Source: Candidatus Altimarinota bacterium
GTDB lineage: Bacteria; Patescibacteriota; Gracilibacteria; UBA1369; GCA-2718715
Direction: 5' to 3'
Length of the DNA: 64,000 nt
Assembly: GCA_041242255.1 (NCBI GenBank)
Contig: JBESAV010000001.1
Span: forward strand, 448,001 to 512,000
A program made the translations under genes and the position numbers. Below are positions 35,021 to 45,358 of the stretch, piece by piece (within the stretch, counting starts at the first letter, position 1; each line of letters opens with the position of its first letter). The notes beneath the pieces are model-generated. The model ran no database searches. It saw nothing but the letters and a program-made list of their open reading frames with translations, and was not told where the DNA came from.

Positions 35021-36277
35021 TCACAATATCCACAAGCCAGTATAACCAAAGATCAATCCAACACACAAAAGCACAACCAAACTAAATTTTGTTCTCAAAG
35101 TAGGTGATCCCAAAAATATTACAAACAAGCACTTACAAAGCATATTTGAAGTAGTTGCAAGCACCACTCCAGTTGCCGCCAGTCTTTCAGTTATCTCACT
35201 TTTAGAAAGACTAGCTAGGGTTAAGCTAATCGCATCAGTATCCACCATCCCAGACAAGCTACTAGCTATTAGCAAAGCCTCTTGCCCAAAATACTGATTC
35301 GACAAACTCACTAGTATTAAAACCAAAGCAAAAATCCCACCAAACTTCATTGCCGAAAGAATATCTACTGGATTATTTATTCCGTAGTCAGCATCCTTTA
35401 AACTGTAATTATCCTCAGAGTTTTTATTGTAAAAATAAAATCCAAATACACCAAGCACCAAAGCTCCAACCGTCATTGGGATTGCTAACCATTTAAACAA
35501 TCCAAGGTTAACAACACTCACTTCAAGCAAAACTCTCAAATACATAGCCGAAGAAGAGATAAGCAATCCAAATAAAATCGGAGAAAGCGCTTTCTTAGGG
35601 AGGTCCTTACTTAATTTACTAAAGGAAAGTGTTACAGCCGTACTCGAAACCAACCCTCCCAAAAATCCAGCCAAACCTACACCTCTCTTATATCCAATCA
35701 GCCTTATCCCCAAATAACTTAATGCAGATATACCTGCAATCAATACAACTAAAAGCCAGATATCATATGGATTAATAATCCCAAACGGGCCAACAACTTC
35801 ATCCGGCAAAAGTGGTAACACCACCACAGATATTATTATAAGCTTCAGAATAGACTCAAGCTCCTTTCTGGTTATCTTCTTTGTAAATTCATGTATATAT
35901 TCCTTCAGCGCCAAAATACTCACAAGCATAGCCGTAATAATCGACGCTAATACAAACTCACTTTGCCCAGCCAAATAACCAATCAGAAATACTATCAGCA
36001 CAGCTATTTCTGAAGTAACACCAATAGTATCGTGATTTCTGTTACTCACAAAATAAGCTGCTAACATAACAGCTGTAACACCAATAAAACCAATAAAAGT
36101 CAAAGCATCAACTCCAATCACTGAAAGCACAGCCCCTAAAAAAGAAATCAAGCTATATGTCCTTACTCCTGCGAAATTTGTAGCATTCTCCTCAAAGTTT
36201 CTTTTTTCTCTCTCAATCCCAACCAAACTTCCTAGCAAAAGCCCATACCCAGCCGCCAAAATCACAGATAGATTCAT
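35021..36277 (-). CDS. MgtC/SapB family protein with DUF4010
   Basis: LVGIERE, AGVRTY, GGLVSSTAVT and DTDAI motifs; multiple TM helices. Confidence 0.88.
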   Translation of the reverse strand: MNLSVILAAGYGLLLGSLVGIEREKRNFEENATNFAGVRTYSLISFLGAVLSVIGVDALTFIGFIGVTAVMLAAYFVSNRNHDTIGVTSEIAVLIVFLIGYLAGQSEFVLASIITAMLVSILALKEYIHEFTKKITRKELESILKLIIISVVVLPLLPDEVVGPFGIINPYDIWLLVVLIAGISALSYLGIRLIGYKRGVGLAGFLGGLVSSTAVTLSFSKLSKDLPKKALSPILFGLLISSSAMYLRVLLEVSVVNLGLFKWLAIPMTVGALVLGVFGFYFYNKNSEDNYSLKDADYGINNPVDILSAMKFGGIFALVLILVSLSNQYFGQEALLIASSLSGMVDTDAISLTLASLSKSEITERLAATGVVLATTSNMLCKCLFVIFLGSPTLRTKFSLVVLLCVGLIFGYTGLWIL

Positions 36278-36311
36278 ACCAGTTTTTATATCTACTAATT
36301 ATAGCAGAAAA

Positions 36312-38453
36312 CTAGTCGTTTAGGAACTCTTCCCTCAGTAGGAAAGCTACTTTGTTAGTGATCATTCCTTTTTCCAAAAGGTCATCAATCACATTTTCTT
36401 CAATCATATGCACCCCTTTCATTGCAAACTTTTCTTCCAAACTAGTCGTTTCTTTTTTATCTTTCTTCAACCTTTCAAAAACTTGCTCCATCTTATCTTG
36501 AGATACCTCTTGGAACTTCTCGTAAATTCCAATCACATTCTTGAACGAATCATTTAAACCAAGTTTATTCTGACTACTAAGCTCTGAAATTGCATTTAAC
36601 TCTTTCACAACCTTTCTAGAGATAATCTGGAGAGCTCTGTAGTACATGAAAGAAATACTATCACTATTTTTAATTCTCTTATCATAAATATCGTAAGTTT
36701 TCTTTTCCCACCATGACATAACTCTATTCATCTCACACGCCTTACCAATAACCTTCCTAACTTCTTTATTATCCTTAAAGTCGGCAGCAGCATCAGCTGA
36801 TGCAACTTCTAAAATTCCTTTCTCGACACATTCTTCCTGCCAGTTAAGTTTAGAGTGCAATTTTTTGAAAACTACCTCATTCACCTCATCATATATAAAC
36901 AACCTTTTCAAGGCATGCTTCTCAATACCAATAGCATACAACCTCAACATTGCTTCAAAAGTCTTAGAGGATTTTTCAGCCATTTTCACACAGTTTTTCT
37001 TAGCTGATTTAAATTCTTTATCATATTTCGACTTCAACATTTTATAAACTTCATCACTGACATATCCTTTTTTATTGAAAGTTTTTAAACGAGCCATTAC
37101 TTTAGAGAACATCAAAACTTTACTCTCTTCATATTCAAGTTTTTCTACTTCGGTAAGGTCATTAATTCCTAACTTGTTCATAATTATTCCCAGTAAAGGA
37201 GCTTTCACAAAAAGAGTAAAGAATATACAACCAACAGTTATCACCGTCAGAAAATCCTTCAAACTATAAGAATAATTCCAACCTGCAACCTGCAAATCAA
37301 CTGGTATAAACAATAGCATGATTACCGCCAAAGCACCTTTCAGATCACCAAAAGCCAAGATCTTCTTCCAACTCGAAGGAATCACCTCCTCTTCACTAAA
37401 CATATTCATTGGAGTAGTCACTAGGTAAACCGCAATCACACGAGCAATTGTAACCACCAAAATAGCTACAAAAATCGGCCCTAAGAATTGTGGGTGACTT
37501 TGGAATAATTTCGCAAACAAACTCCCCATCATGATAAACACCAAGGAGTTAGCCACAAAAGCAAAGTACTCCCAAAATTTATCCATATACTCTTCAACTC
37601 TAGGAGATATCTTATACCGACCATAGTTACCAATTACCATAGAGGCAACAACTGTCGCAATAATAGAAGACACGTGAACATTGTGTCCAAGGATAATCAG
37701 CTTCGCTGAAATAATCTCTGCAAAGATAAAAGTGATATGAGCCACCACCATAGTTAGAGTTATTTCCACATTTTCATTATCCTTAATCTTCTCCAGAATC
37801 TTTGAAAACAAAACTCCGATAAATCCACCAAAAGCAATCCCTCCAATAATCATCACAAAGAAAGTTCCAAGTCCAGGAAGTATGCTTCCAGTTAAGCTTT
37901 CACCATTCCTTATTACCTCCAATAAAATGATAAAAATCGCAAAGGCAGAAGCATCATTAAACAGACTCTCTCCCTCAAAAAGCATAGCTAGCCTCTTAGG
38001 CGCCCCAAACTCTTTAAACAAAGCTAAAACAGCTACCGGATCAGTTGCAGAAATAATTGTCCCAAACAAAAGCATAGCCATAAACGGTACTTCCACTCCA
38101 AACAAACCAAGCATCCAGGTTCCACCAAAAGCAATTATTGCGGCAGAAATTATTAACCCAATCACAGCCAACGCAGAAATTGTCATCTTATTCTCCCAAG
38201 CTTCTTTAAAGTTCATGTTATATGCTGATTCAAATATCAGCACCGGCAAAAATACAAAGAACAAAAGGTCTGTCGTCAAATTAAACGTAGATAAAAAACT
38301 AAACACTGGCACACTAGAGATCGGCACCAGTAATATCCCAGCAATTACTAAAAGAACTGTATAAGGAATTCCTAATTTCTTAGAAATAAAATAAACTCCC
38401 ATTGAAAGGAGTAGTAAAGAAAAAATCGCCAGAAATACTTGTGAAGATAACAT
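36312..38453 (-). CDS. CPA1 family Na+/H+ antiporter
   Basis: FLPVLIFESA, ISATDPVAVLA and EGESLFND motifs; large cytoplasmic C-terminus. Confidence 0.9.
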   Translation of the reverse strand: MLSSQVFLAIFSLLLLSMGVYFISKKLGIPYTVLLVIAGILLVPISSVPVFSFLSTFNLTTDLLFFVFLPVLIFESAYNMNFKEAWENKMTISALAVIGLIISAAIIAFGGTWMLGLFGVEVPFMAMLLFGTIISATDPVAVLALFKEFGAPKRLAMLFEGESLFNDASAFAIFIILLEVIRNGESLTGSILPGLGTFFVMIIGGIAFGGFIGVLFSKILEKIKDNENVEITLTMVVAHITFIFAEIISAKLIILGHNVHVSSIIATVVASMVIGNYGRYKISPRVEEYMDKFWEYFAFVANSLVFIMMGSLFAKLFQSHPQFLGPIFVAILVVTIARVIAVYLVTTPMNMFSEEEVIPSSWKKILAFGDLKGALAVIMLLFIPVDLQVAGWNYSYSLKDFLTVITVGCIFFTLFVKAPLLGIIMNKLGINDLTEVEKLEYEESKVLMFSKVMARLKTFNKKGYVSDEVYKMLKSKYDKEFKSAKKNCVKMAEKSSKTFEAMLRLYAIGIEKHALKRLFIYDEVNEVVFKKLHSKLNWQEECVEKGILEVASADAAADFKDNKEVRKVIGKACEMNRVMSWWEKKTYDIYDKRIKNSDSISFMYYRALQIISRKVVKELNAISELSSQNKLGLNDSFKNVIGIYEKFQEVSQDKMEQVFERLKKDKKETTSLEEKFAMKGVHMIEENVIDDLLEKGMITNKVAFLLREEFLND

Positions 38454-38550
38454 GTTTAGTACTATATTTACAAAAGTCGTGAATTATCCTACAATTATCT
38501 ATTATTAAGTCAAGCAAAATATAGTATAATTAAACCAGCTAAAGAAACAA

Positions 38551-39552
38551 ATGGACGAAAACAAAAAACCAGAAATACACACAACCAGCCCACAAAAAAA
38601 TGAACCCACTCAACCAGAGGAGCAAAAGCATATCAATCTTCATATTGATGATCAAAAAGATGACCATTTTGTTCTAAATCTTAAAAATTACGATTTAAAT
38701 ATCCCAGAAAAGAAAGACCTCAAAGAAACAACTAAGCAAGCAACTTCAAAAGCAATCCAGTCAGCCAAGCAAATAACCCAAAAAGTTGCATCAGCCCCAA
38801 AGCCTAATTTAAAGAAACTCCGAAAGTTAAAGTCAAAAGACAAATCTACATCCTCCCCATTAGTCCAAAACCTCAAGTTCGTCTTCAACACAATCGCAAT
38901 CTTCCTCGTAACCTTCATTGTTCTTAACTGGGGATCATACAGCCAGGTATTCATGACTTACTACAACCAAGCAACTGGCCAAACCAGCCAAACTTTGACT
39001 GTCTTCTCCAATGAAAACAAACAACAACAAGACACAGCTTACGCAAGCTCTTCATTAGTAAATGACAATTTCAATATCCCTAAACTTACTAAAGAAATCA
39101 CCCCTCCTGGTACCAGAATCATCATTCCATCCATAAACACCAACGTTCCAGTTATTGATGTTCCAGAAGATAAACTCATCGAAAGAAATTGGACTGCTCT
39201 AGAACAAGACATTCAAAACGCCCTTAGGTCGGGTGTAGTACATTATCCAGGGACACCACTTCCAGGTCAGTCCGGTAACGTTGTGATCACAGGTCACTCA
39301 TCCTATTACCCATGGGATCCAGGTAGATTCAAAGATGTTTTCGCTGTACTTCACAACCTAAACATCGGAGATGAAATCATCATATTCCACAAACAACAAA
39401 AATACACTTATCAAATTACAGAAACTAAAAAAGTATTCCCTTATGAGGTAGACGTCCTAAACGACTTCAATGACGACAGAGTTACATTAATAACGTGTAC
39501 TCCAATAGGAACAAACCTTAAAAGACTTATCGTAACTGCTAAACCAGTCTAA
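38551..39552 (+). CDS. sortase
   Basis: TM anchor; GNVVITGHS and TLITCTPIGTNLKRL supply the His/Cys/Arg triad. Confidence 0.9.
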   Translation: MDENKKPEIHTTSPQKNEPTQPEEQKHINLHIDDQKDDHFVLNLKNYDLNIPEKKDLKETTKQATSKAIQSAKQITQKVASAPKPNLKKLRKLKSKDKSTSSPLVQNLKFVFNTIAIFLVTFIVLNWGSYSQVFMTYYNQATGQTSQTLTVFSNENKQQQDTAYASSSLVNDNFNIPKLTKEITPPGTRIIIPSINTNVPVIDVPEDKLIERNWTALEQDIQNALRSGVVHYPGTPLPGQSGNVVITGHSSYYPWDPGRFKDVFAVLHNLNIGDEIIIFHKQQKYTYQITETKKVFPYEVDVLNDFNDDRVTLITCTPIGTNLKRLIVTAKPV

Positions 39553-39917
39553 AGATCATCAAGCTCAGCCATAAGTTTACTCTCAAGCTCTTTTTCTTGA
39601 GCTTCATTGGCTTCTTCGGCATTCTCAAGTTGTTCCATTTTTTCTTTTCTAGCTTTTTCAATTCTTTCAGCTTCTTCAGCTTTTTCAATATCTTCAACTT
39701 TTTGACTATAGTATGAATCAATCTCAGCAAGTTTTTTTCTTTCATTGTCCAAAATATCATAAAGATTTTGAACTTGCTCCGGAGTCATAATCGGCAGAAG
39801 ATCTACCCAGTACTGTCTTTCCTCATCATTCATCGACTCAGTCTTCATAATCATCTCTATCAGTTCAGGATGTTTCTGTTGAGCGTCATCTGAAACAATA
39901 ACTTTATTATCGGCCAT
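39549..39917 (-). CDS. hypothetical helical/coiled-coil protein
   Basis: 122-aa ORF; shares a domain with 48219..48866. Confidence 0.75.
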   Translation of the reverse strand: MADNKVIVSDDAQQKHPELIEMIMKTESMNDEERQYWVDLLPIMTPEQVQNLYDILDNERKKLAEIDSYYSQKVEDIEKAEEAERIEKARKEKMEQLENAEEANEAQEKELESKLMAELDDL

Positions 39918-39940
39918 GCTAAAATATTAATTTCTAATTA

Positions 39941-41098
39941 TTATACCACACTTATTCCTTTCGAACCATACAACTCTTTCCTCATCTTAATTGCAAAGTT
40001 TGTCACACCATCGATAATCTTCTTATCCTTTAACATCTTAAGACGTCTCATCGCCCAAGTGCCTAGCGGTTCACCTTTAGCTATCTTTACAGCGTTTCCT
40101 AGCCCCATGTTGTGTGCTATGTACAAGTAATCATAAACTTCATAAGTTTCAGCCTTTCTTCCTAAAGCTCCTTGAAGACTTTTAAAGTTATCAGCAGTTA
40201 GTTCCATGGTCATATAACTTTGCATTTCACTTCCAAATACAAGTTTTTCTACCCCTTCTGGCCAAATCTCTCTGTTTTTACGAATCTCTTTATTTTGTTT
40301 GAAAAATCTTTCAGCCCTATCTACAGCTAACTTATCATAATCCTCTCCACGTCTATCCAGCTGTTTTGCTGCAGACTTAAGTCTTTTAGGTAGGTACTGT
40401 GTCATATGTTGCCCAAAACCAGTCGCTCCAGATGAATTCCAAGCCATCCTTTTAAAGGAAGACTCTTTCTTGATCACCCCAAGTACATAAGGAATATAGA
40501 TATCTTTCTGCATTCCGTAGTCCTCACATGCTCTACCAATATCCCTTACCAACTCAATAAACTCAGTTTTATCGAGCTGTTTATTAATACTCTTTTCATC
40601 ATTATACAAATCCAAAACACGCTTCGCATCAGGACCTCCATCTTCTTGAATCTCATTTAACATATCCACATCTTTCTCAGTAATTTTCTCATACGATCCA
40701 ACTTCCACACCCTTTTTGTTTTTATAATAATCATCAGCAATAGGTGATATCTCCTCATTTGAAACACCTTTGTGTTTATAGTCTTTCACTTCATCCAAAA
40801 ATATCCATTTATAAATACCTTCTAAGAAAGGATACGAATCAATAGCCTCAATCCCAATTCCTTTCACGATATTTATCGGGTCATCCAAAATATCTTCCAC
40901 AGTAATCCTTTCATAGATATGCCCATCTTTGTCCTCTCCTTCAAACACTGCAAAATCCAGAACATTTTGCTTTAGCTTGTCTAACTCCTTGCCAGCATCA
41001 CTATTTTCGATCATATCTAAAAGACCTTCTAAACCAGATTTAGTTTCATCCTTTTTCGAATCTTGAAATGATTGCCTCACAACTTCCTTACTCATCAA
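39941..41098 (-). CDS. lytic transglycosylase (SLT/lysozyme-like) domain protein
   Basis: VIKKESSF (catalytic Glu), SGATGFGQ and YIAHNMGLGN motifs. Confidence 0.72.
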   Translation of the reverse strand: MMSKEVVRQSFQDSKKDETKSGLEGLLDMIENSDAGKELDKLKQNVLDFAVFEGEDKDGHIYERITVEDILDDPINIVKGIGIEAIDSYPFLEGIYKWIFLDEVKDYKHKGVSNEEISPIADDYYKNKKGVEVGSYEKITEKDVDMLNEIQEDGGPDAKRVLDLYNDEKSINKQLDKTEFIELVRDIGRACEDYGMQKDIYIPYVLGVIKKESSFKRMAWNSSGATGFGQHMTQYLPKRLKSAAKQLDRRGEDYDKLAVDRAERFFKQNKEIRKNREIWPEGVEKLVFGSEMQSYMTMELTADNFKSLQGALGRKAETYEVYDYLYIAHNMGLGNAVKIAKGEPLGTWAMRRLKMLKDKKIIDGVTNFAIKMRKELYGSKGISVV

Positions 41099-41515
41099 TT
41101 ATATTAAAAATAAATCACCATAAGACTCTTCAAAAGTCTCCTTTTGATACTTTACAGACTGCACTAAGTTTCTTACCTGGAAAGAAGGCTTCACAAACAG
41201 AGTCTCTCCACCAGAGATGTCCATCAAGTCTTTTATCTGCCTTAATTTACTGCAGAAATTCACTGCATTTATATCCGCTTTACCTTGAACCATTTCCTCA
41301 GCTTTATCGTATTCAGCAGAATTTATAAGAGAAGACGGGTTCAAAAGATTAAAAGTACCATCATAAACTTTCTGCATAGTAGTCTGGATAAAGGTCATTT
41401 CCTCTTCAGTAAATCCTTCCGGATCAACAACCGGTTCATTCAACATTTCCTGTGTTTCCGGATCAATATCTACAACCTGATTCAAAGGTTTGTCATTTTG
41501 AAAGCTATTATTCAT
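41099..41515 (-). CDS. hypothetical protein
   Basis: 138-aa ORF abutting the downstream gene. Confidence 0.7.
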   Translation of the reverse strand: MNNSFQNDKPLNQVVDIDPETQEMLNEPVVDPEGFTEEEMTFIQTTMQKVYDGTFNLLNPSSLINSAEYDKAEEMVQGKADINAVNFCSKLRQIKDLMDISGGETLFVKPSFQVRNLVQSVKYQKETFEESYGDLFLI

Positions 41516-41568
41516 ACTTTGATACAGTTAATTTCTAGTTATTATATCACAAATTATATCATTATCCC

Positions 41569-43617
41569 ATGTCTAAACTTACCAAAAAACAAGCACAAGA
41601 AAGGATTAATCAACTCAAGCAAGCCATAATTTCTTGGAACCAAGAGTATTTCCAAAACGATAACACAATTTTCCCAGAATCAACCCGCGACCAATTAAAG
41701 GCAGAACTCATTCAACTTGAAAAAGATTTCCCAGAGTTTTTAACTAAAGATTCACCATCTCAAGTAGTTGGTGCTGGCCTATCAGAGAAATTCACTAAAA
41801 TAGAGCACATAACTCCAAAGAAAAGTTTAGACGATGTTTTTTCAGAAGAAGAACTTTTAGATTTTGTTAACAGAGTAAAAAAGTTCTTAACTCCTGACGA
41901 AGAAAAGCATTTAGAGTTCACCATTGAACCGAAAATAGATGGCTTAAACGTCACAGTCTGGTACAAGCAGGGTATCCTTCACACAGCCCTTACTAGAGGA
42001 AACGGTAAAGTGGGGGAGTCAGTTACCCATACGGTTAAAACAATTTCAAATCTTCCCCATAAACTTGCATACCCAATCGACCTTGAAGTAACCGGAGAGG
42101 TCTTCATTTCCAAAGCTAATTTCCAAAAGATAAATCAACAAAGCTCACAGCAGTACGCCAACCCAAGAAATCTAGCCGCAGGCTCCATCCGTCAAATTGA
42201 TCCAGAAGCAGCTCGTGAAAGAATGCTAAGTATAAATTTATATTCAATTGGAAACCTCAATCTCCGAAAATCCAAACTTAAATCACCTGAAACACAAGAA
42301 GAAATCTTTAAATTCTTCGACAAACTTAACCTCCCACATCAACACCAATTCTCAGTACATAAAACAGAAAAACAAATCATTTCCCAGATCAAAAAACTAA
42401 CTCAAAACAGAGATTCACATCCATATGAAATAGATGGACTAGTCATAAAAGTTAATCAACTAAACCTTAGAGAAAAACTAGGCTACAAGGCTAAAACTCC
42501 ACGCTACGCATGCGCCTACAAATTCCCAGCCACTACCAAACCAACCAAAGTTTTAGATATAACCATTCAAGTTGGTAGAACTGGTAGTCTCACACCAGTA
42601 GCAGAATTAGAACCAGTCCACATAGATGGAACAACCGTTTCTAGAGCCACTCTTCACAATCAAGACGAGATAGATCGTAAAGATGTTCGAGTAGGGGACA
42701 CCGTGGTAGTGAGAAAAGCAGGAGATATTATTCCTGAAGTAGTAAACGTTTTAACAGAATTCAGAACTGGAAATGAGGAAAAATATCAAATCCCTGACTT
42801 CTGCCCAGTCTGTAATAAACCCGCACAACGTGAAAAAGATGAGGCCGTAAAAAGATGCGTAAACCCAGACTGCCCTGCTAAACAACAAGCTCGTTATGAA
42901 CACTTCATTTCCAGGCAAGGATTTAATATCGATGGTTTAGGCCCAAAAGTTATTGAACAACTTTTGCAGGAGGGACTTATCCACAATTTTTCTGACCTCT
43001 TCAAACTTTCTGCAAAAGACCTTATGCCACTCCCGCTTTTCAAAGAGCAAAAAACCCAAAACATCCTAGATAGCATCTCCAATTCCAAACACATCCCGGT
43101 CCATAATTTCTTATTCAGCTTAGGTATCAGAAACATCGGAATCCAATCAGCCCAGGACCTTTCCTCATACATCTTCGCAAAGCAACAAGGTCAAACTATT
43201 ACCCCATTAGAGCTCCTAAAAGAAATTCAAGACCATAGCTTAGATGATCTAACTAAAATAGATGGATTTGGAGAGAAAACCTTAGAGTACTTCCACAAAT
43301 GGTTCTCCAACTCTAAAAATCAAGAGCTTCTAAACTCTCTCACCAAATCAGGAATAACCATAGAAATACCAGAAAAGCAAACCACATCAGGAGTACTCAA
43401 TAACCAGACTTTTCTTTTCACTGGTAAACTTCAAAACTTCGATCGCTCAACTGCCAAAACTTTAGTAGAAAACTATGGCGGAAAAAATGCCACCTCAGTT
43501 TCCAAAAAACTAGACTATCTTGTGATCGGAGAAAAACCAGGGTCAAAACTCAAGAAAGCCGAAGAGGCAGGAGTCAAAGTAATCACTGAAGAAGAATTCC
43601 TTCAAATGATCAACTAA
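41569..43617 (+). CDS. ligA: NAD-dependent DNA ligase
   Basis: EPKIDG, NPRNLAAGS and VGRTG motifs, a Cys4 zinc finger, and a BRCT domain. Confidence 0.98.
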   Translation: MSKLTKKQAQERINQLKQAIISWNQEYFQNDNTIFPESTRDQLKAELIQLEKDFPEFLTKDSPSQVVGAGLSEKFTKIEHITPKKSLDDVFSEEELLDFVNRVKKFLTPDEEKHLEFTIEPKIDGLNVTVWYKQGILHTALTRGNGKVGESVTHTVKTISNLPHKLAYPIDLEVTGEVFISKANFQKINQQSSQQYANPRNLAAGSIRQIDPEAARERMLSINLYSIGNLNLRKSKLKSPETQEEIFKFFDKLNLPHQHQFSVHKTEKQIISQIKKLTQNRDSHPYEIDGLVIKVNQLNLREKLGYKAKTPRYACAYKFPATTKPTKVLDITIQVGRTGSLTPVAELEPVHIDGTTVSRATLHNQDEIDRKDVRVGDTVVVRKAGDIIPEVVNVLTEFRTGNEEKYQIPDFCPVCNKPAQREKDEAVKRCVNPDCPAKQQARYEHFISRQGFNIDGLGPKVIEQLLQEGLIHNFSDLFKLSAKDLMPLPLFKEQKTQNILDSISNSKHIPVHNFLFSLGIRNIGIQSAQDLSSYIFAKQQGQTITPLELLKEIQDHSLDDLTKIDGFGEKTLEYFHKWFSNSKNQELLNSLTKSGITIEIPEKQTTSGVLNNQTFLFTGKLQNFDRSTAKTLVENYGGKNATSVSKKLDYLVIGEKPGSKLKKAEEAGVKVITEEEFLQMIN

Positions 43618-45319
43618 AAAAACTAGCCACCTCATCCACCGAAAGACCATCTTCAGCTTCTTCTTCGATCAAACCAGGTTCAGGTTCACCAGTCGTAGGG
43701 GCTAGATCAAAAGCATTATGCTTTACTTTTTTACTTTGAGATTTACGTGACATCTCAGCTGCAATACTCACATCAACAATCAGCTTTAAATCTACTTTCC
43801 CACCAAGTTTTTCTTCCAAGTCATCCGTTAGTTCATTTACAAGTTCAGGCTTATTTGCTTGTTCAAAAGGGAAGTTAGAATTAAATTTCACAACCACAGA
43901 CTCTTCTTCAATAGCAATTTTAGTAGCTTGCAAAGCCCTTTTTAAAATAGCTGACTTCGTTTCATCTACTACCATTTTCCAAACTTCATCAATTTTCTTT
44001 TGATCAATTCCACTCAAATCAGCCTTATCTTTATCTTTTGATTTCTTTTTATCATCAGATACTTTTTTCTTTTTTACTATCTTAATGTCATCACTCTCCA
44101 AAATCTTTTTAACACCCTCATCTACTTTTCCCTTTTCCTTTGGATTCGGTTTAGAATCCAAATCAACAGCAACCTCAGCCTCAACTTGAGGTTCAGCTTC
44201 TACAACTTTATCAGGCACTTTTTCCGCTACAGCTTTTTTAGCAATCACCTTGGCCCCGGCAACTTTACTTGGAGCCGGAACTTCTATATTTATTCCAGCA
44301 AAATGATTGGCAGTTTTCACAGCAAATACTTCCAAAGGAAGGCTACTAACACTAGCATCCTTAAACACATCCCAGATCTTTTGCCAGCTTTCTACCAAAA
44401 ACAAACATTGCGACTGTCCAGCTGCATCATCTTCAAAAACAGCCTTTTGCAAATTATCCCTAAGCAAAGATGTCATATCCATACCAATCTGCTGTGATCC
44501 ATATCCAAAGTTATTAATATTCACAACTTTCTCGGTAGCCTTCATCACATCTCCTTCAAGAATCCTTTCAATCAATTCCATCAGCTCATCTTCAGGAGTT
44601 ACACCCAAAACCTGACTAATCTCCTCTTTGGCAGTTAGTCCACTGGCTGATACTTGATCCAAAAGGGATATCGCATCTCTCATTCCACCCTTAGCTTTTC
44701 TTACAACCAGTCTCAGAGCCTCTTCATCTATCCCAAATCCTTCTTCCTGGTTGATATAGTTAATTCTTTCAAAGATATCAACCTCCATTATTCGTTTAAA
44801 ATCATATCTCTGACACCTTGAAATTATAGTATCAGGTATTTTATGAACCTCAGTAGTTGCTAAAATAAAGTAAACATTTTCCGGTGGTTCCTCCAAGGTC
44901 TTCAATAATGCATTAAACGCCTCTTTAGTAAGCATATGCACCTCATCAATTATATAAACCTTGTTTTTTGCATGATAAGGGTTGAACTGCACCGAGTCTC
45001 TCAGCTCACGAATCTCATCAATCCCTCTATTTGAAGCTGCATCTATCTCAATCACATCCACCAGAGATCCTTCACTAATCTCCTTACACATTTCACACTC
45101 ATTGCATGGTTCAATTTTTTCATTATCAAAGTTCAAACAGTTCACAGACTTAGCAATCAACCTCGCCGAAGTCGTTTTCCCAGTCCCTCTAGGTCCACAG
45201 AAAAGATAAGCATGAGCTAAACGTTCCAATTCAATACCTTTTTGCAAAGTTTTCTTAATGTGCTGTTGACCATAAAGGTCATTAAAATTTTGAGGTCTAT
45301 ATTTAAGATAGAGAGACAT
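43610..45319 (-). CDS. dnaX: DNA polymerase III subunit gamma/tau
   Basis: KYRPQNF, GPRGTGKT, EIDAASNRG, IIDEVHML and SRCQ motifs. Confidence 0.97.
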   Translation of the reverse strand: MSLYLKYRPQNFNDLYGQQHIKKTLQKGIELERLAHAYLFCGPRGTGKTTSARLIAKSVNCLNFDNEKIEPCNECEMCKEISEGSLVDVIEIDAASNRGIDEIRELRDSVQFNPYHAKNKVYIIDEVHMLTKEAFNALLKTLEEPPENVYFILATTEVHKIPDTIISRCQRYDFKRIMEVDIFERINYINQEEGFGIDEEALRLVVRKAKGGMRDAISLLDQVSASGLTAKEEISQVLGVTPEDELMELIERILEGDVMKATEKVVNINNFGYGSQQIGMDMTSLLRDNLQKAVFEDDAAGQSQCLFLVESWQKIWDVFKDASVSSLPLEVFAVKTANHFAGINIEVPAPSKVAGAKVIAKKAVAEKVPDKVVEAEPQVEAEVAVDLDSKPNPKEKGKVDEGVKKILESDDIKIVKKKKVSDDKKKSKDKDKADLSGIDQKKIDEVWKMVVDETKSAILKRALQATKIAIEEESVVVKFNSNFPFEQANKPELVNELTDDLEEKLGGKVDLKLIVDVSIAAEMSRKSQSKKVKHNAFDLAPTTGEPEPGLIEEEAEDGLSVDEVASFFS

Positions 45320-45358
45320 AAATACTATTAATTTTACTCAACCTTAACATGTCCAATA

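Noticed and set aside
33606-38364. Antisense or alternate-frame ORFs in the track (e.g. 33606..34274, 37882..38364 and most 60-140 aa entries)
   Set aside because: They are shadows of well-supported genes, have no motifs, and are expected from the strand bias.
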